IMG/VR virus record: IMGVR_UViG_3300037067_009128
Location: 1 to 64,000 of that record
DNA: 64,000 nucleotides
Direction: 5' to 3' (one strand)
DNA from: a virus
Lineage: Duplodnaviria > Caudoviricetes
The notes below the pieces were generated by a model. That model was not told where the DNA came from. It worked only from the letters and a program-made list of their open reading frames with translations, and searched no databases. The position numbers were made by a program, and so were the translations under genes. Below, piece by piece: positions 1-7,935 of the stretch; positions within the stretch are counted from its first letter, which is position 1; each line of letters opens with the position of its first letter.

Positions 1-11
1 TCTTCCGATCT
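1..11 (+). other. Illumina adapter remnant (assembly artefact at contig end)
   Basis: TCTTCCGATCT is the 3' end of the TruSeq adapter (GCTCTTCCGATCT) and sits at position 1. Confidence 0.8.
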
Positions 12-86
12 TAATAGAGTATTATCATACAGTTTACTTTGTACAACTTTAGTAATATTACTTGTTTATTACTTACAAATGAGTCA

Positions 87-584
87 ATGAAAAAGTTATT
101 ACTTTTAATACTATTCACATCTTTATCATTTCCACAATCAACTTCTGATAAAGGTATTTTACTGATCAAACATTATGAAGGTTTCAGATCTATTGCTTAT
201 AGATGTCCTGCTAATGTTTGGACTATAGGACATGGTCATACTAAAGGTGTTAAATCAGGTATGATTATTAATAAAATACAAGGAGAAATCTTTTTAAAAC
301 AAGATTTATTAAGATTTGAATCTCATATTAAAAAGAATGTATATAGAATATTGATTCAAAATCAATTTGATGCATTAGTCTCATTCACATTTAATGTAGG
401 ATATAGAATTCAAGGTGAACTTAAACAAGGAATCAATTCAGGGAATACTTCTTTAGTAATTTATAAGTTAAGTTTATACAATAAAGCAAAAGTAAAAGGA
501 ATTTATGTTATATTACCTGGATTAGATAAGAGAAGAAAGAGTGAGATAGAATTGTATAAAAATAATATTTTAATTTTAAGATAA
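87..584 (+). CDS. Endolysin, GH24 phage lysozyme with N-terminal signal peptide
   Basis: EGFRSIAYRCPANVWTIGHGHT (E-x8-C-x5-T triad) and QFDALVSFTFNVG; probable start ATG 87 gives MKKLLLLILFTSLSFPQ. Confidence 0.9.
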   Translation: MKKLLLLILFTSLSFPQSTSDKGILLIKHYEGFRSIAYRCPANVWTIGHGHTKGVKSGMIINKIQGEIFLKQDLLRFESHIKKNVYRILIQNQFDALVSFTFNVGYRIQGELKQGINSGNTSLVIYKLSLYNKAKVKGIYVILPGLDKRRKSEIELYKNNILILR

Positions 585-588
585 AACC

Positions 589-897
589 ATGATAAAGAAA
601 TATATTGAGTATACTCCCATAATTTTAACATTATTGATTATTGTTTATATAATTGTACTTAATGCTAAGATAGGAAGCTTAGAACAAAAATTAATAGATG
701 TTACTATACAAAATAAAAAAGAATTAATTCAAGAGATTGTGAAATCTGTAAAATCAAGAACTGATTCAGTTATAATAATAGAACATTCTATTAAATATTT
801 AGAATCTAAAAAACAAGAGATTAAAAATGAAGTTATTCATACTAATGATAATGACTCTCTTATTGCTTTGTATAAGAAGTATAGGTCAAATTTATAG
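589..897 (+). CDS. Putative inner-membrane spanin-like lysis protein
   Basis: N-terminal TM helix plus coiled coil; directly after endolysin; overlaps next gene. Confidence 0.5.
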   Translation: MIKKYIEYTPIILTLLIIVYIIVLNAKIGSLEQKLIDVTIQNKKELIQEIVKSVKSRTDSVIIIEHSIKYLESKKQEIKNEVIHTNDNDSLIALYKKYRSNL

Positions 898-1186
898 TTT
901 AGATTCTACTCACTTTGTTATTGAGAAAGAAGAATTTAAGCATATTATACAAATTAATATAGAGAAAAATTATCAAGATTCTACAATTCAAAAAAGATCA
1001 CTTGAGGTTGATATTTTAAGAAGAATTGTAATTGATAAAGATGGTATTATAAAACTTCAAGATGATACTATAAACATTCTTAAAACTCAACATGAAGAAT
1101 TAAAACCTCCTTTCTATGATCATTTCTATATAGGTGTTGGTACTACTATTCTAGTTTATCTTACTTACAAATTATTATCTAAATAA
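827..1186 (+). CDS. Putative spanin-like lysis protein (signal peptide, coiled coil, C-terminal TM)
   Basis: Hydrophobic N-terminus ending LLLLC..SIGQ; C-terminal FYIGVGTTILVYLTY; 71 bp overlap with upstream gene. Confidence 0.45.
   Translation: MKLFILMIMTLLLLCIRSIGQIYSLDSTHFVIEKEEFKHIIQINIEKNYQDSTIQKRSLEVDILRRIVIDKDGIIKLQDDTINILKTQHEELKPPFYDHFYIGVGTTILVYLTYKLLSK
1081..1109 (+). repeat. Dispersed 29-bp repeat, copy 1 (28/29 identical to 7851-7879)
   Basis: taaaactcaacatgaagaattaaaacctc. Confidence 0.85.
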
Positions 1187-1193
1187 GTGGAAT

Positions 1194-2390
1194 ATGGAAT
1201 GTCCTAGATGTGGATCTGTAAATTTGGTAAAATGGGGTAAACATAAATGGGGACAAAGATATAAATGTAAAGATTGTAAAAAATATCAAACATTTCAAGG
1301 TTCTGATCTTGAATTGCTTGAAGAGAATGTAAAATTAGCAAAAGCAAAACAAAGATACCAAGATACAAATAGGATTGAAAGAAAATCATTTAGGGAATAT
1401 GCAAGAATAGAGAATGCAATAACTGAGTATGATAAAGAAATCATTACATTACTAAAAGAAAAAGATTTTTCTAAAGAAGTACTTTCACATAACGTTGACA
1501 GTAAAGCTGCTGCTGTCTTCCACTCTTCTGATTTACATCTGAATGAGTTAGTAGAAATGGCTATAAACACATTTGATTTTGAAGTAGCTAGTAAAAGATT
1601 ACAAATGGATGTTGACATTTCAAGAAAGATTTATAAAGCATTTAATGTTAGTAATGTTTTAGTAGCATTAACAGGAGATATACTAAACAGTGATAGAAGA
1701 CTTGATGAGTTATTGAATCAAGCCACTAATAGAGCAAAAGCTTCAATTTTAGCAGTAGATTTGATAAAGTCTGTTATTTTAGACTTAAGTAAAGATTTTA
1801 ATGTTAGTGTTGCTTGTGTTACTGGTAATGAGTCTAGAATGAAAGATGAAATAGGTTGGAGTAATATTTCATTAACTGATAATTATGATTTTAATATATT
1901 TGCTATGTTAAAATATCTATTTAGTGGAAGTGATGTTATCTTTTCTGAATCTGGTGATTTTGGAGAACAAATCGTCAATGTAGGGGGTAAAAACTTTTTA
2001 CTTTTACATGGTAATGAGAATGCTTTACAAAGCAATGTTGAAAAAGGTATTATTCAAATTTGTGGTAAGATTTCTGCTAAAAGGGGTATTCAGATACATT
2101 ATGTTATTTTTGGTCATTTACATTATGCAAGAGTTGGTGATCATTTTGCAAGAGGTAGTTCTTTAGTGGGTGCTAACGCATATTCTGATGGAGCATTAGA
2201 ATTAATATCAAGAGCAAGTCAAAATAGTTATATAGTGACAGAAACTGGTCAAATACATTCAATTGTTGTAGATCTTCAAGATGCTTCAAAATACCCAGGA
2301 TATCCATTTGATAAATCTTTAGAAGCATATAATCCAAAGTCTGCTAGTAAGAATAAAGAAAGAAAAGTAATTTTTGAAGTAGTAATATGA
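1194..2390 (+). CDS. Zinc-ribbon plus calcineurin-like metallophosphoesterase
   Basis: CPRCGS...QRYKCKDC; SDLH, TGD, GNE, LHG, GHLH motifs. Confidence 0.8.
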   Translation: MECPRCGSVNLVKWGKHKWGQRYKCKDCKKYQTFQGSDLELLEENVKLAKAKQRYQDTNRIERKSFREYARIENAITEYDKEIITLLKEKDFSKEVLSHNVDSKAAAVFHSSDLHLNELVEMAINTFDFEVASKRLQMDVDISRKIYKAFNVSNVLVALTGDILNSDRRLDELLNQATNRAKASILAVDLIKSVILDLSKDFNVSVACVTGNESRMKDEIGWSNISLTDNYDFNIFAMLKYLFSGSDVIFSESGDFGEQIVNVGGKNFLLLHGNENALQSNVEKGIIQICGKISAKRGIQIHYVIFGHLHYARVGDHFARGSSLVGANAYSDGALELISRASQNSYIVTETGQIHSIVVDLQDASKYPGYPFDKSLEAYNPKSASKNKERKVIFEVVI

Positions 2391-2773
2391 AAAAAACATT
2401 ATTTCCAAACTGGGTTAAAATTGTTATAGTTGTTTTAAGTTTGATTCTAGAATTCACATTCTCAACTATACCCGTCTTAACTATATCATTATTTTTAATT
2501 ATTGCTTTTTGTCAAAATGTTGCTTTTAGTATAGTCTCAAGATCAAGAAATAGAGATAATATTGATTACCATATAATTTCTGCAATCTTTTCAAATGGTA
2601 TTTGGTTTTTAACTTTTAGACTATTAGTATTAAATGATATGAATATTGCTTTATTTATACCTTACTGTATCGGTACTGTTGCTGGAAGTGTTTGGGGAGT
2701 TAAAATTTCAATGAAGATAGAAACATTTCTCGGTGCAACTTCAGACTCACATATTAAAAAAGAAATCAAATAA
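2387..2773 (+). CDS. Multi-pass membrane protein, unknown function
   Basis: 3-4 hydrophobic segments; ATGA overlap with upstream gene. Confidence 0.6.
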   Translation: MKKTLFPNWVKIVIVVLSLILEFTFSTIPVLTISLFLIIAFCQNVAFSIVSRSRNRDNIDYHIISAIFSNGIWFLTFRLLVLNDMNIALFIPYCIGTVAGSVWGVKISMKIETFLGATSDSHIKKEIK

Positions 2774-2840
2774 AATCCTCTCGATAGAATTTTATTTGAT
2801 ACCATTTATTATACTTTTATAATTATAAAGAGCCTATTGA

Positions 2841-4067
2841 ATGAACAAAACAAAACAAAATGAAGTGAAAGATAAATCTTTTATTATAATTAATTCGATT
2901 TCAGTAATCAATTCTGAAGATTCTTCTTCAAAGAAAGCTGAAATTATTGCAATGATATCTGGGTGGAATGCTAATGGACTTTATTTTTCAAAAGATATAA
3001 TAAAAGAAGTAGCTAATGCTATAATGGAGAAACCTAAATTATTTGTTAGGCATGATCCATATGCTCCTTTTGGTAGAGACCCTTTAGAATGGGCTGCTAC
3101 TTTTGAATCTGCAGAATATGAAGAGATTAAAGGTATAGGTCAAATAAGATGTGTTATTAATTTCACAGATAATCCTAAGACTGCTTGGTTATTTACTGAA
3201 ATTCAAAAAGATCCAAAAAATGTTCATTTATCTACTCATTTAAGAGGTATTGGTGAAGAAGAAGGTGAAGCAGAAGGTAGAAAAGGATTTGTATTTAAAA
3301 TGTTAACTTCTTATCAATCTACTGATTTTGTATCATATGGAGCAGCAGGTGGAATTGCTATTAAAACATTAAATGCTTTAAGTGAGAATGTTGATTTACT
3401 TGAAGCAATCGAAAACGATCCAACAATACTCGAAAGTTTTAAAGACAAAAATTTTATTAAATCATTAAATAACTTAAAAGAAGGTCAAGGAGAAAACCCA
3501 ATGAAAATAGAAGATATAAAATCAATACTTGATTTTAAAACTGGATGTCCTGATATTTACAATGCATTAGTTACTGAAATAAAAAATTCATTTAATACTG
3601 ATGTTCAATTGACAGCTTTAAATACTAAAGTTACTGAATTGGATAAGAAGATTACTGAATTAACTACTGCAAATACTGAATTAACTACTGCAAATACTGG
3701 TCTTAAAACATCTGTTGATACTGTTAATGCTTCAAATGCAACTTTAAAAACAGAAAATGATGAATTGAAGAATAAAGTTGATGCATTTGAAGCTAAAGAG
3801 AAATTAGAAAATTGGAAGAAAGAAGTTGATACAGAAATCACAAATAGTAATATTCCTGCTCCTGTATTAACTGATCATTTTAAAGCTACTTTATATGGTA
3901 AAACTAAAATTGAAGATGTTAAAAAAGACATTGAAGATCGTTTAGCTATTTGCAATGCTATTGCTCCAACTGGTATTCAAGTTGGTGGAGCTCCAAAAGG
4001 CACAAACACAAATTCTAATACTACAAAGATTACTGATGATGAATTTGTTTCTAGTATGAAAGAGTAA
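2841..4067 (+). CDS. Prohead protease-scaffold fusion
   Basis: SGWNANGLYFS, FVRHD, STDFVSYGAAGG resemble prohead protease motifs; C-terminal coiled coil; upstream of capsid genes. Confidence 0.75.
   Translation: MNKTKQNEVKDKSFIIINSISVINSEDSSSKKAEIIAMISGWNANGLYFSKDIIKEVANAIMEKPKLFVRHDPYAPFGRDPLEWAATFESAEYEEIKGIGQIRCVINFTDNPKTAWLFTEIQKDPKNVHLSTHLRGIGEEEGEAEGRKGFVFKMLTSYQSTDFVSYGAAGGIAIKTLNALSENVDLLEAIENDPTILESFKDKNFIKSLNNLKEGQGENPMKIEDIKSILDFKTGCPDIYNALVTEIKNSFNTDVQLTALNTKVTELDKKITELTTANTELTTANTGLKTSVDTVNASNATLKTENDELKNKVDAFEAKEKLENWKKEVDTEITNSNIPAPVLTDHFKATLYGKTKIEDVKKDIEDRLAICNAIAPTGIQVGGAPKGTNTNSNTTKITDDEFVSSMKE
3501..4067 (+). CDS. Nested in-frame scaffold protein (internal start)
   Basis: AAGGAG RBS 8 nt upstream of in-frame ATG 3501 (MKIEDIKS), at the protease/coiled-coil boundary. 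Confidence 0.55.
   Translation: MKIEDIKSILDFKTGCPDIYNALVTEIKNSFNTDVQLTALNTKVTELDKKITELTTANTELTTANTGLKTSVDTVNASNATLKTENDELKNKVDAFEAKEKLENWKKEVDTEITNSNIPAPVLTDHFKATLYGKTKIEDVKKDIEDRLAICNAIAPTGIQVGGAPKGTNTNSNTTKITDDEFVSSMKE
3653..3699 (+). repeat. 21-bp tandem repeat (heptad TELTTAN x2)
   Basis: tactgaattaactactgcaaa x2 plus tactg. Confidence 0.9.
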
Positions 4068-4112
4068 ATTTTAAAGAATTAATTTAATAATAAAATAAAG
4101 AGGTAAAAATCA

Positions 4113-4538
4113 ATGATAGTAAAGGTAAGAAAAGATGGTAATCCACTTCTTGATTTAGCAGAGCTCCCTGGACAAACTGCTGGAGCTTGGGAAGTGGGTC
4201 AATTACTTTCTTATGAATCTGGTGATGCTGTAAAACTTGATGCTAATGCTGAAGATGCATCATTTTGCGGGATCTCACTTGATAAGAAGGTTGCTAATGT
4301 TACTTATCCAAATATTGTAGTTCTTACAAGATGTATTGCAGAGGCTGATGTTGCAAGTGCTGCTTACACATTTGGACAAGAGTTAATGTATGATGAAGAT
4401 AATGATGTTTTGGTTGCCGCAAATGGTACTTCTACTATTTGTTGGTCATGGCAAGACACAGATGGTGCAAGTGTTACCAAACTGAAAGTTAAGTTTGATG
4501 TAATGCAATTAGGTAAACTTTTCCCAGTATCAGCATAA
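4113..4538 (+). CDS. Head decoration / capsid cement protein
   Basis: 141 aa, Ala/Gly/Val-rich beta protein between scaffold and major capsid genes; GAGG RBS. Confidence 0.65.
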   Translation: MIVKVRKDGNPLLDLAELPGQTAGAWEVGQLLSYESGDAVKLDANAEDASFCGISLDKKVANVTYPNIVVLTRCIAEADVASAAYTFGQELMYDEDNDVLVAANGTSTICWSWQDTDGASVTKLKVKFDVMQLGKLFPVSA

Positions 4539-4550
4539 GGAGAACATAAA

Positions 4551-5786
4551 ATGAAAAAAGGTGTAATCGTTCAAATGTTTAATTCTCTTCTTGGTGAAGC
4601 TGGAAATGATGCAAAGAAAGCTGGTATTATGTTAGCAAAGAAAATTGAAGGATTCTTAAGTTCACCAGATTCTGATAAGAATCATCTTGAATCTAAAGAC
4701 TTTAATTTTGCTCAACTTGCTCATGAATTAATACCTAACCTTGAAGATTATAGAGGTGATCCCGATGCAGTAAATGTTACAAATGCTGTTAGATCATCTC
4801 AATTTCCTACAATTTCTAAAGTTGTCATTCACAATGAGATACTAAAAGCATATCAATTATATCAGGAAGGTCTTGATGATCTTGTTTCAGAAGGTAATGC
4901 TCAGAGAACTACTGAGGATACTATTGCAGGATTTACCGAACAAGAATCATTAGAGATGAGACTTGAAGGTATGGCTTACGAAGAGACTAACTTCGGTGAG
5001 AAGGATATCTCAGTTCGTATGGCAGATTTTGGTAGAATGATCAGTATTACCAGGGAAGCATTATATAATGATAGAACTGGTCAGTTGTTAAATAATGCAA
5101 AGAAAGTCGGTGAAAAAGGTGGTCAACACAGAGGTAAAATGATTGTTCAGACCATTGAATGTTTACCTCGTACAGCTTTTAAAGAAGCAACTGGTGGAAG
5201 TAAAGCTTTTGTTTATAAAGGTACAGCTTATCAGTATAGTGATTTTTATAATGCTTCTACTCACGTCACTATTGATGGAAGAGTAAATGCTAACTTAAAA
5301 ACATCTAATCCTTTAGGGAATTATACTAATATTCAAGCATCATTGTCTTTATTTGATAAAATGAAAGACTCACAAGGTGATGAGATAGTTATTGTACCTA
5401 ATACAATATTGGTTCCATCTGAACTTGAAGTTGCTGCATTCCAGATTCTTAATACTGCTAGTTATGTTCCAGTAGGTCCTACTACAACTGGATTAACTGA
5501 GTCAGGTAATTTGATTCCTGTTCATACTGCTAACCCTTATGGTCAAGGTGGATTAGCTTCATTTAAAGTTAAGAAGAGTAGATATATGTCAAGTACTTCT
5601 ACTTGGTATATGGGTGATTTTGCTAATCAGTTAATTTGGTTATGGGTTTATAAACCAGCAACAGCTGCTTTGGCTGCATCTGCTGAGAAAGCATTCACAA
5701 ATAATATAGTTTTGACATACAAATTCTCTTATCATGGTGGTTGTGGTCATAGTGATTATGTTAATATTGCAAAGAATACTGCATAA
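4551..5786 (+). CDS. Major capsid protein (HK97 fold, Mu gpT-like)
   Basis: FGRMISITREALYND, IVIVPNTILVPSELE and WYMGD motifs; AAGGAG RBS; followed by terminator. Confidence 0.9.
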   Translation: MKKGVIVQMFNSLLGEAGNDAKKAGIMLAKKIEGFLSSPDSDKNHLESKDFNFAQLAHELIPNLEDYRGDPDAVNVTNAVRSSQFPTISKVVIHNEILKAYQLYQEGLDDLVSEGNAQRTTEDTIAGFTEQESLEMRLEGMAYEETNFGEKDISVRMADFGRMISITREALYNDRTGQLLNNAKKVGEKGGQHRGKMIVQTIECLPRTAFKEATGGSKAFVYKGTAYQYSDFYNASTHVTIDGRVNANLKTSNPLGNYTNIQASLSLFDKMKDSQGDEIVIVPNTILVPSELEVAAFQILNTASYVPVGPTTTGLTESGNLIPVHTANPYGQGGLASFKVKKSRYMSSTSTWYMGDFANQLIWLWVYKPATAALAASAEKAFTNNIVLTYKFSYHGGCGHSDYVNIAKNTA

Positions 5787-5808
5787 GATCTTTTCATAGC
5801 TCCTCCTT

Positions 5809-5845
5809 AGAGGCCATTGAGGATAAAAACTCTCTGGCCTCTTTT
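5809..5845 (+). terminator. Rho-independent terminator after major capsid gene
   Basis: agaggcca-tt-gag-gataaaaa-ctc-tc-tggcctct stem followed by a T run. Confidence 0.75.
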
Positions 5846-5891
5846 AGCATCACAACTATATTTTACTAAACAATAAATCTTAAAATTCACT

Positions 5892-6608
5892 ATGAAAAAC
5901 CTAATAACTTCTTGGATTGACATAATCAACACAGTACCTCAATATTTTAATGCAAATACAGGTATTTTGTTAAACACCACTAAAGGTGATATTTTTTCAA
6001 TCATTCAAGAAGAAGAATCAATTGTTAGAAGTTTATTGGCTCCTTGTTATGGTACAACATTAGATGGAAACTCTTTAATAAAAACTAAATGTATTTCTAT
6101 AAATAAGTATCCAGATTTTCAATTTTTATTAAATAGTATCAATTTTAGTATCACTAATAAATCTACTCAAAATTATAGAATTGAGTTTACAGGTTTAACA
6201 ACATTTGAGATAACTTCTGATTATGACGGAATATTTACAGGTAATACTTTAAATAATTGTGTTATGACAGATATCACAATTAAGAAAGAGGCTTGGGGTA
6301 ATTATAATTTTAATCCTGGTGATATTTTATTTTTAACTACTTATTATTATGATCCAACTTTAATATCAATTGTAACAAAATTAGCATCTGCAAAATTATT
6401 AGAAACTTCTTATATTACAGGAAATCCAGGTTCTTCTCCTCATGCAGAAATTCTTAGGAAACAAGGTCAAGGTTTGATAAATAAACTTATTGATGATACT
6501 AATGGTCAAATGCTTTCAATCTCAAGAGTTTCAAGAGGTTCTAACTATCAAGCAGTTGATTATTCTATTGATAGTTATGGTAATGACATAACAGAATATT
6601 CGAATTAA
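5892..6608 (+). CDS. Putative head-tail adaptor (Mu gp36-like, with insertion)
   Basis: Position after capsid gene; IIQEEESIVRSLL...Y and LISIVTKLASAKLL...AEILRKQG helical pattern. Confidence 0.55.
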   Translation: MKNLITSWIDIINTVPQYFNANTGILLNTTKGDIFSIIQEEESIVRSLLAPCYGTTLDGNSLIKTKCISINKYPDFQFLLNSINFSITNKSTQNYRIEFTGLTTFEITSDYDGIFTGNTLNNCVMTDITIKKEAWGNYNFNPGDILFLTTYYYDPTLISIVTKLASAKLLETSYITGNPGSSPHAEILRKQGQGLINKLIDDTNGQMLSISRVSRGSNYQAVDYSIDSYGNDITEYSN

Positions 6609-6658
6609 ACCAAAGTATAATTTGGTCTTTTTATAATTTCTTTTAAACATAGTATAAT

Positions 6659-7609
6659 ATGTTATCTGAAAGTAACTTAACTTCTACTGCTGGATTATTA
6701 AAAGCTTTAGAATTTAACATCATCGAAAATAAAAAAAGTCAAAGAGAATTAAAAGATCTAGCATTGATAAATGTAGGTTTACCTAAAAATATAAATACTT
6801 ATCCTTACCTAACAATATTCCCTACAAAAGAAACTATAAGAAGAACGTATACTGGTGGAATTAGTGATGTAATAAGAACGTTTAGATTTTCTGTTACAAG
6901 TTATACTAATAATGCTAAAACATCTATAGGTCAATCATCTGGAATTGTGAACAACTTAAAGAATCTATTTGAAAAGAAAAGATCTTCTTATTTTTGGAAA
7001 ATCAAATCACTAAATACAGGTGAAACAATAATTTCTGATGTTGCTATAAAAGATATTGTTTCAAGTAATCCTATTAATCTAAAAGATAATTTCTTTATTA
7101 CTACTTACATAGATATTGATTTTTTAACTCATAGTAAAATCAATTCTATTAGTAATTTTCATCCATCTGAATTAACAGAAACTAATCCAAAAGAATTAAC
7201 TAAAATAACAAATGATATTTTAGAGAAATATAAAGATTCTGTTTTAAATGAAGTTAAAATGTTTAGGTATGGAATAATAGAACCATTAAATAATAGTAAA
7301 TTTCCATTAGTATCAACTGTAATGGGTAATTCAAATATTACTCAAGAGTTATCCAGTGTTGATACTTATAAAGCAAATTTAACTATTTTATTGTTCAATG
7401 AAACATTTAGTTTTCAGTATAGTATATACCAAAATTTAGATATTATTGATAAAATACGTTCTGTTATTTATGGAAATAGATATTTTTTAAATAAATGTTA
7501 TGATTATAAAATTGGAGATATAACTTATAATATTCATGAATGGAATGGTCAAATGTTATACGTATCTCAATTAGATATTGAAACAAAAAGTTATGAAAAA
7601 TTAGGATAA
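6659..7609 (+). CDS. Putative tail completion/terminator protein with two tandem domains
   Basis: Position before tail tube; two similar halves (YPYLTIF / FPLVSTV; SIGQSSGIVNNLK / SIYQNLDIIDKIR). Confidence 0.5.
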   Translation: MLSESNLTSTAGLLKALEFNIIENKKSQRELKDLALINVGLPKNINTYPYLTIFPTKETIRRTYTGGISDVIRTFRFSVTSYTNNAKTSIGQSSGIVNNLKNLFEKKRSSYFWKIKSLNTGETIISDVAIKDIVSSNPINLKDNFFITTYIDIDFLTHSKINSISNFHPSELTETNPKELTKITNDILEKYKDSVLNEVKMFRYGIIEPLNNSKFPLVSTVMGNSNITQELSSVDTYKANLTILLFNETFSFQYSIYQNLDIIDKIRSVIYGNRYFLNKCYDYKIGDITYNIHEWNGQMLYVSQLDIETKSYEKLG

Positions 7610-7614
7610 ATAAT

Positions 7615-7935
7615 ATGAAAGTTAAATTAATTAATGAAAGTACTGGTTTTGGATTTAATTCTGTTGTAGCAGAATGGTTAGCCCAGAACATTGAGAATGG
7701 TTTACTTATTAACAAAATTCCAACAGGTGAGATTATTGATATTCCAGATAAAATTGCTTTAAATTGTCATAATCTTGTTAATGTTGAAACTGGTGAAATT
7801 GCAAGTAAATTTTATTCTTTAACTATTAATTTAGAAGATTTAAAAAAATATAAAATTCAACATGAAGAATTAAAACCTCTTGAGAAATTAATAACATTAA
7901 AAAGAATTAATAAAAACAAAATAGGAGAAAAATAA
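7615..7935 (+). CDS. Hypothetical protein (virion module)
   Basis: AGGA RBS, abuts tail tube gene. Confidence 0.55.
   Translation: MKVKLINESTGFGFNSVVAEWLAQNIENGLLINKIPTGEIIDIPDKIALNCHNLVNVETGEIASKFYSLTINLEDLKKYKIQHEELKPLEKLITLKRINKNKIGEK
7851..7879 (+). repeat. Dispersed 29-bp repeat, copy 2
   Basis: taaaattcaacatgaagaattaaaacctc. Confidence 0.85.

Noticed and set aside
1-11. Possible genome terminus sequence
   Set aside because: Matches the Illumina adapter end; technical artefact
1194-1300. IS1-like transposase suggested by the InsA-type zinc ribbon
   Set aside because: No DDE domain or terminal inverted repeats; the ribbon is fused to a phosphoesterase
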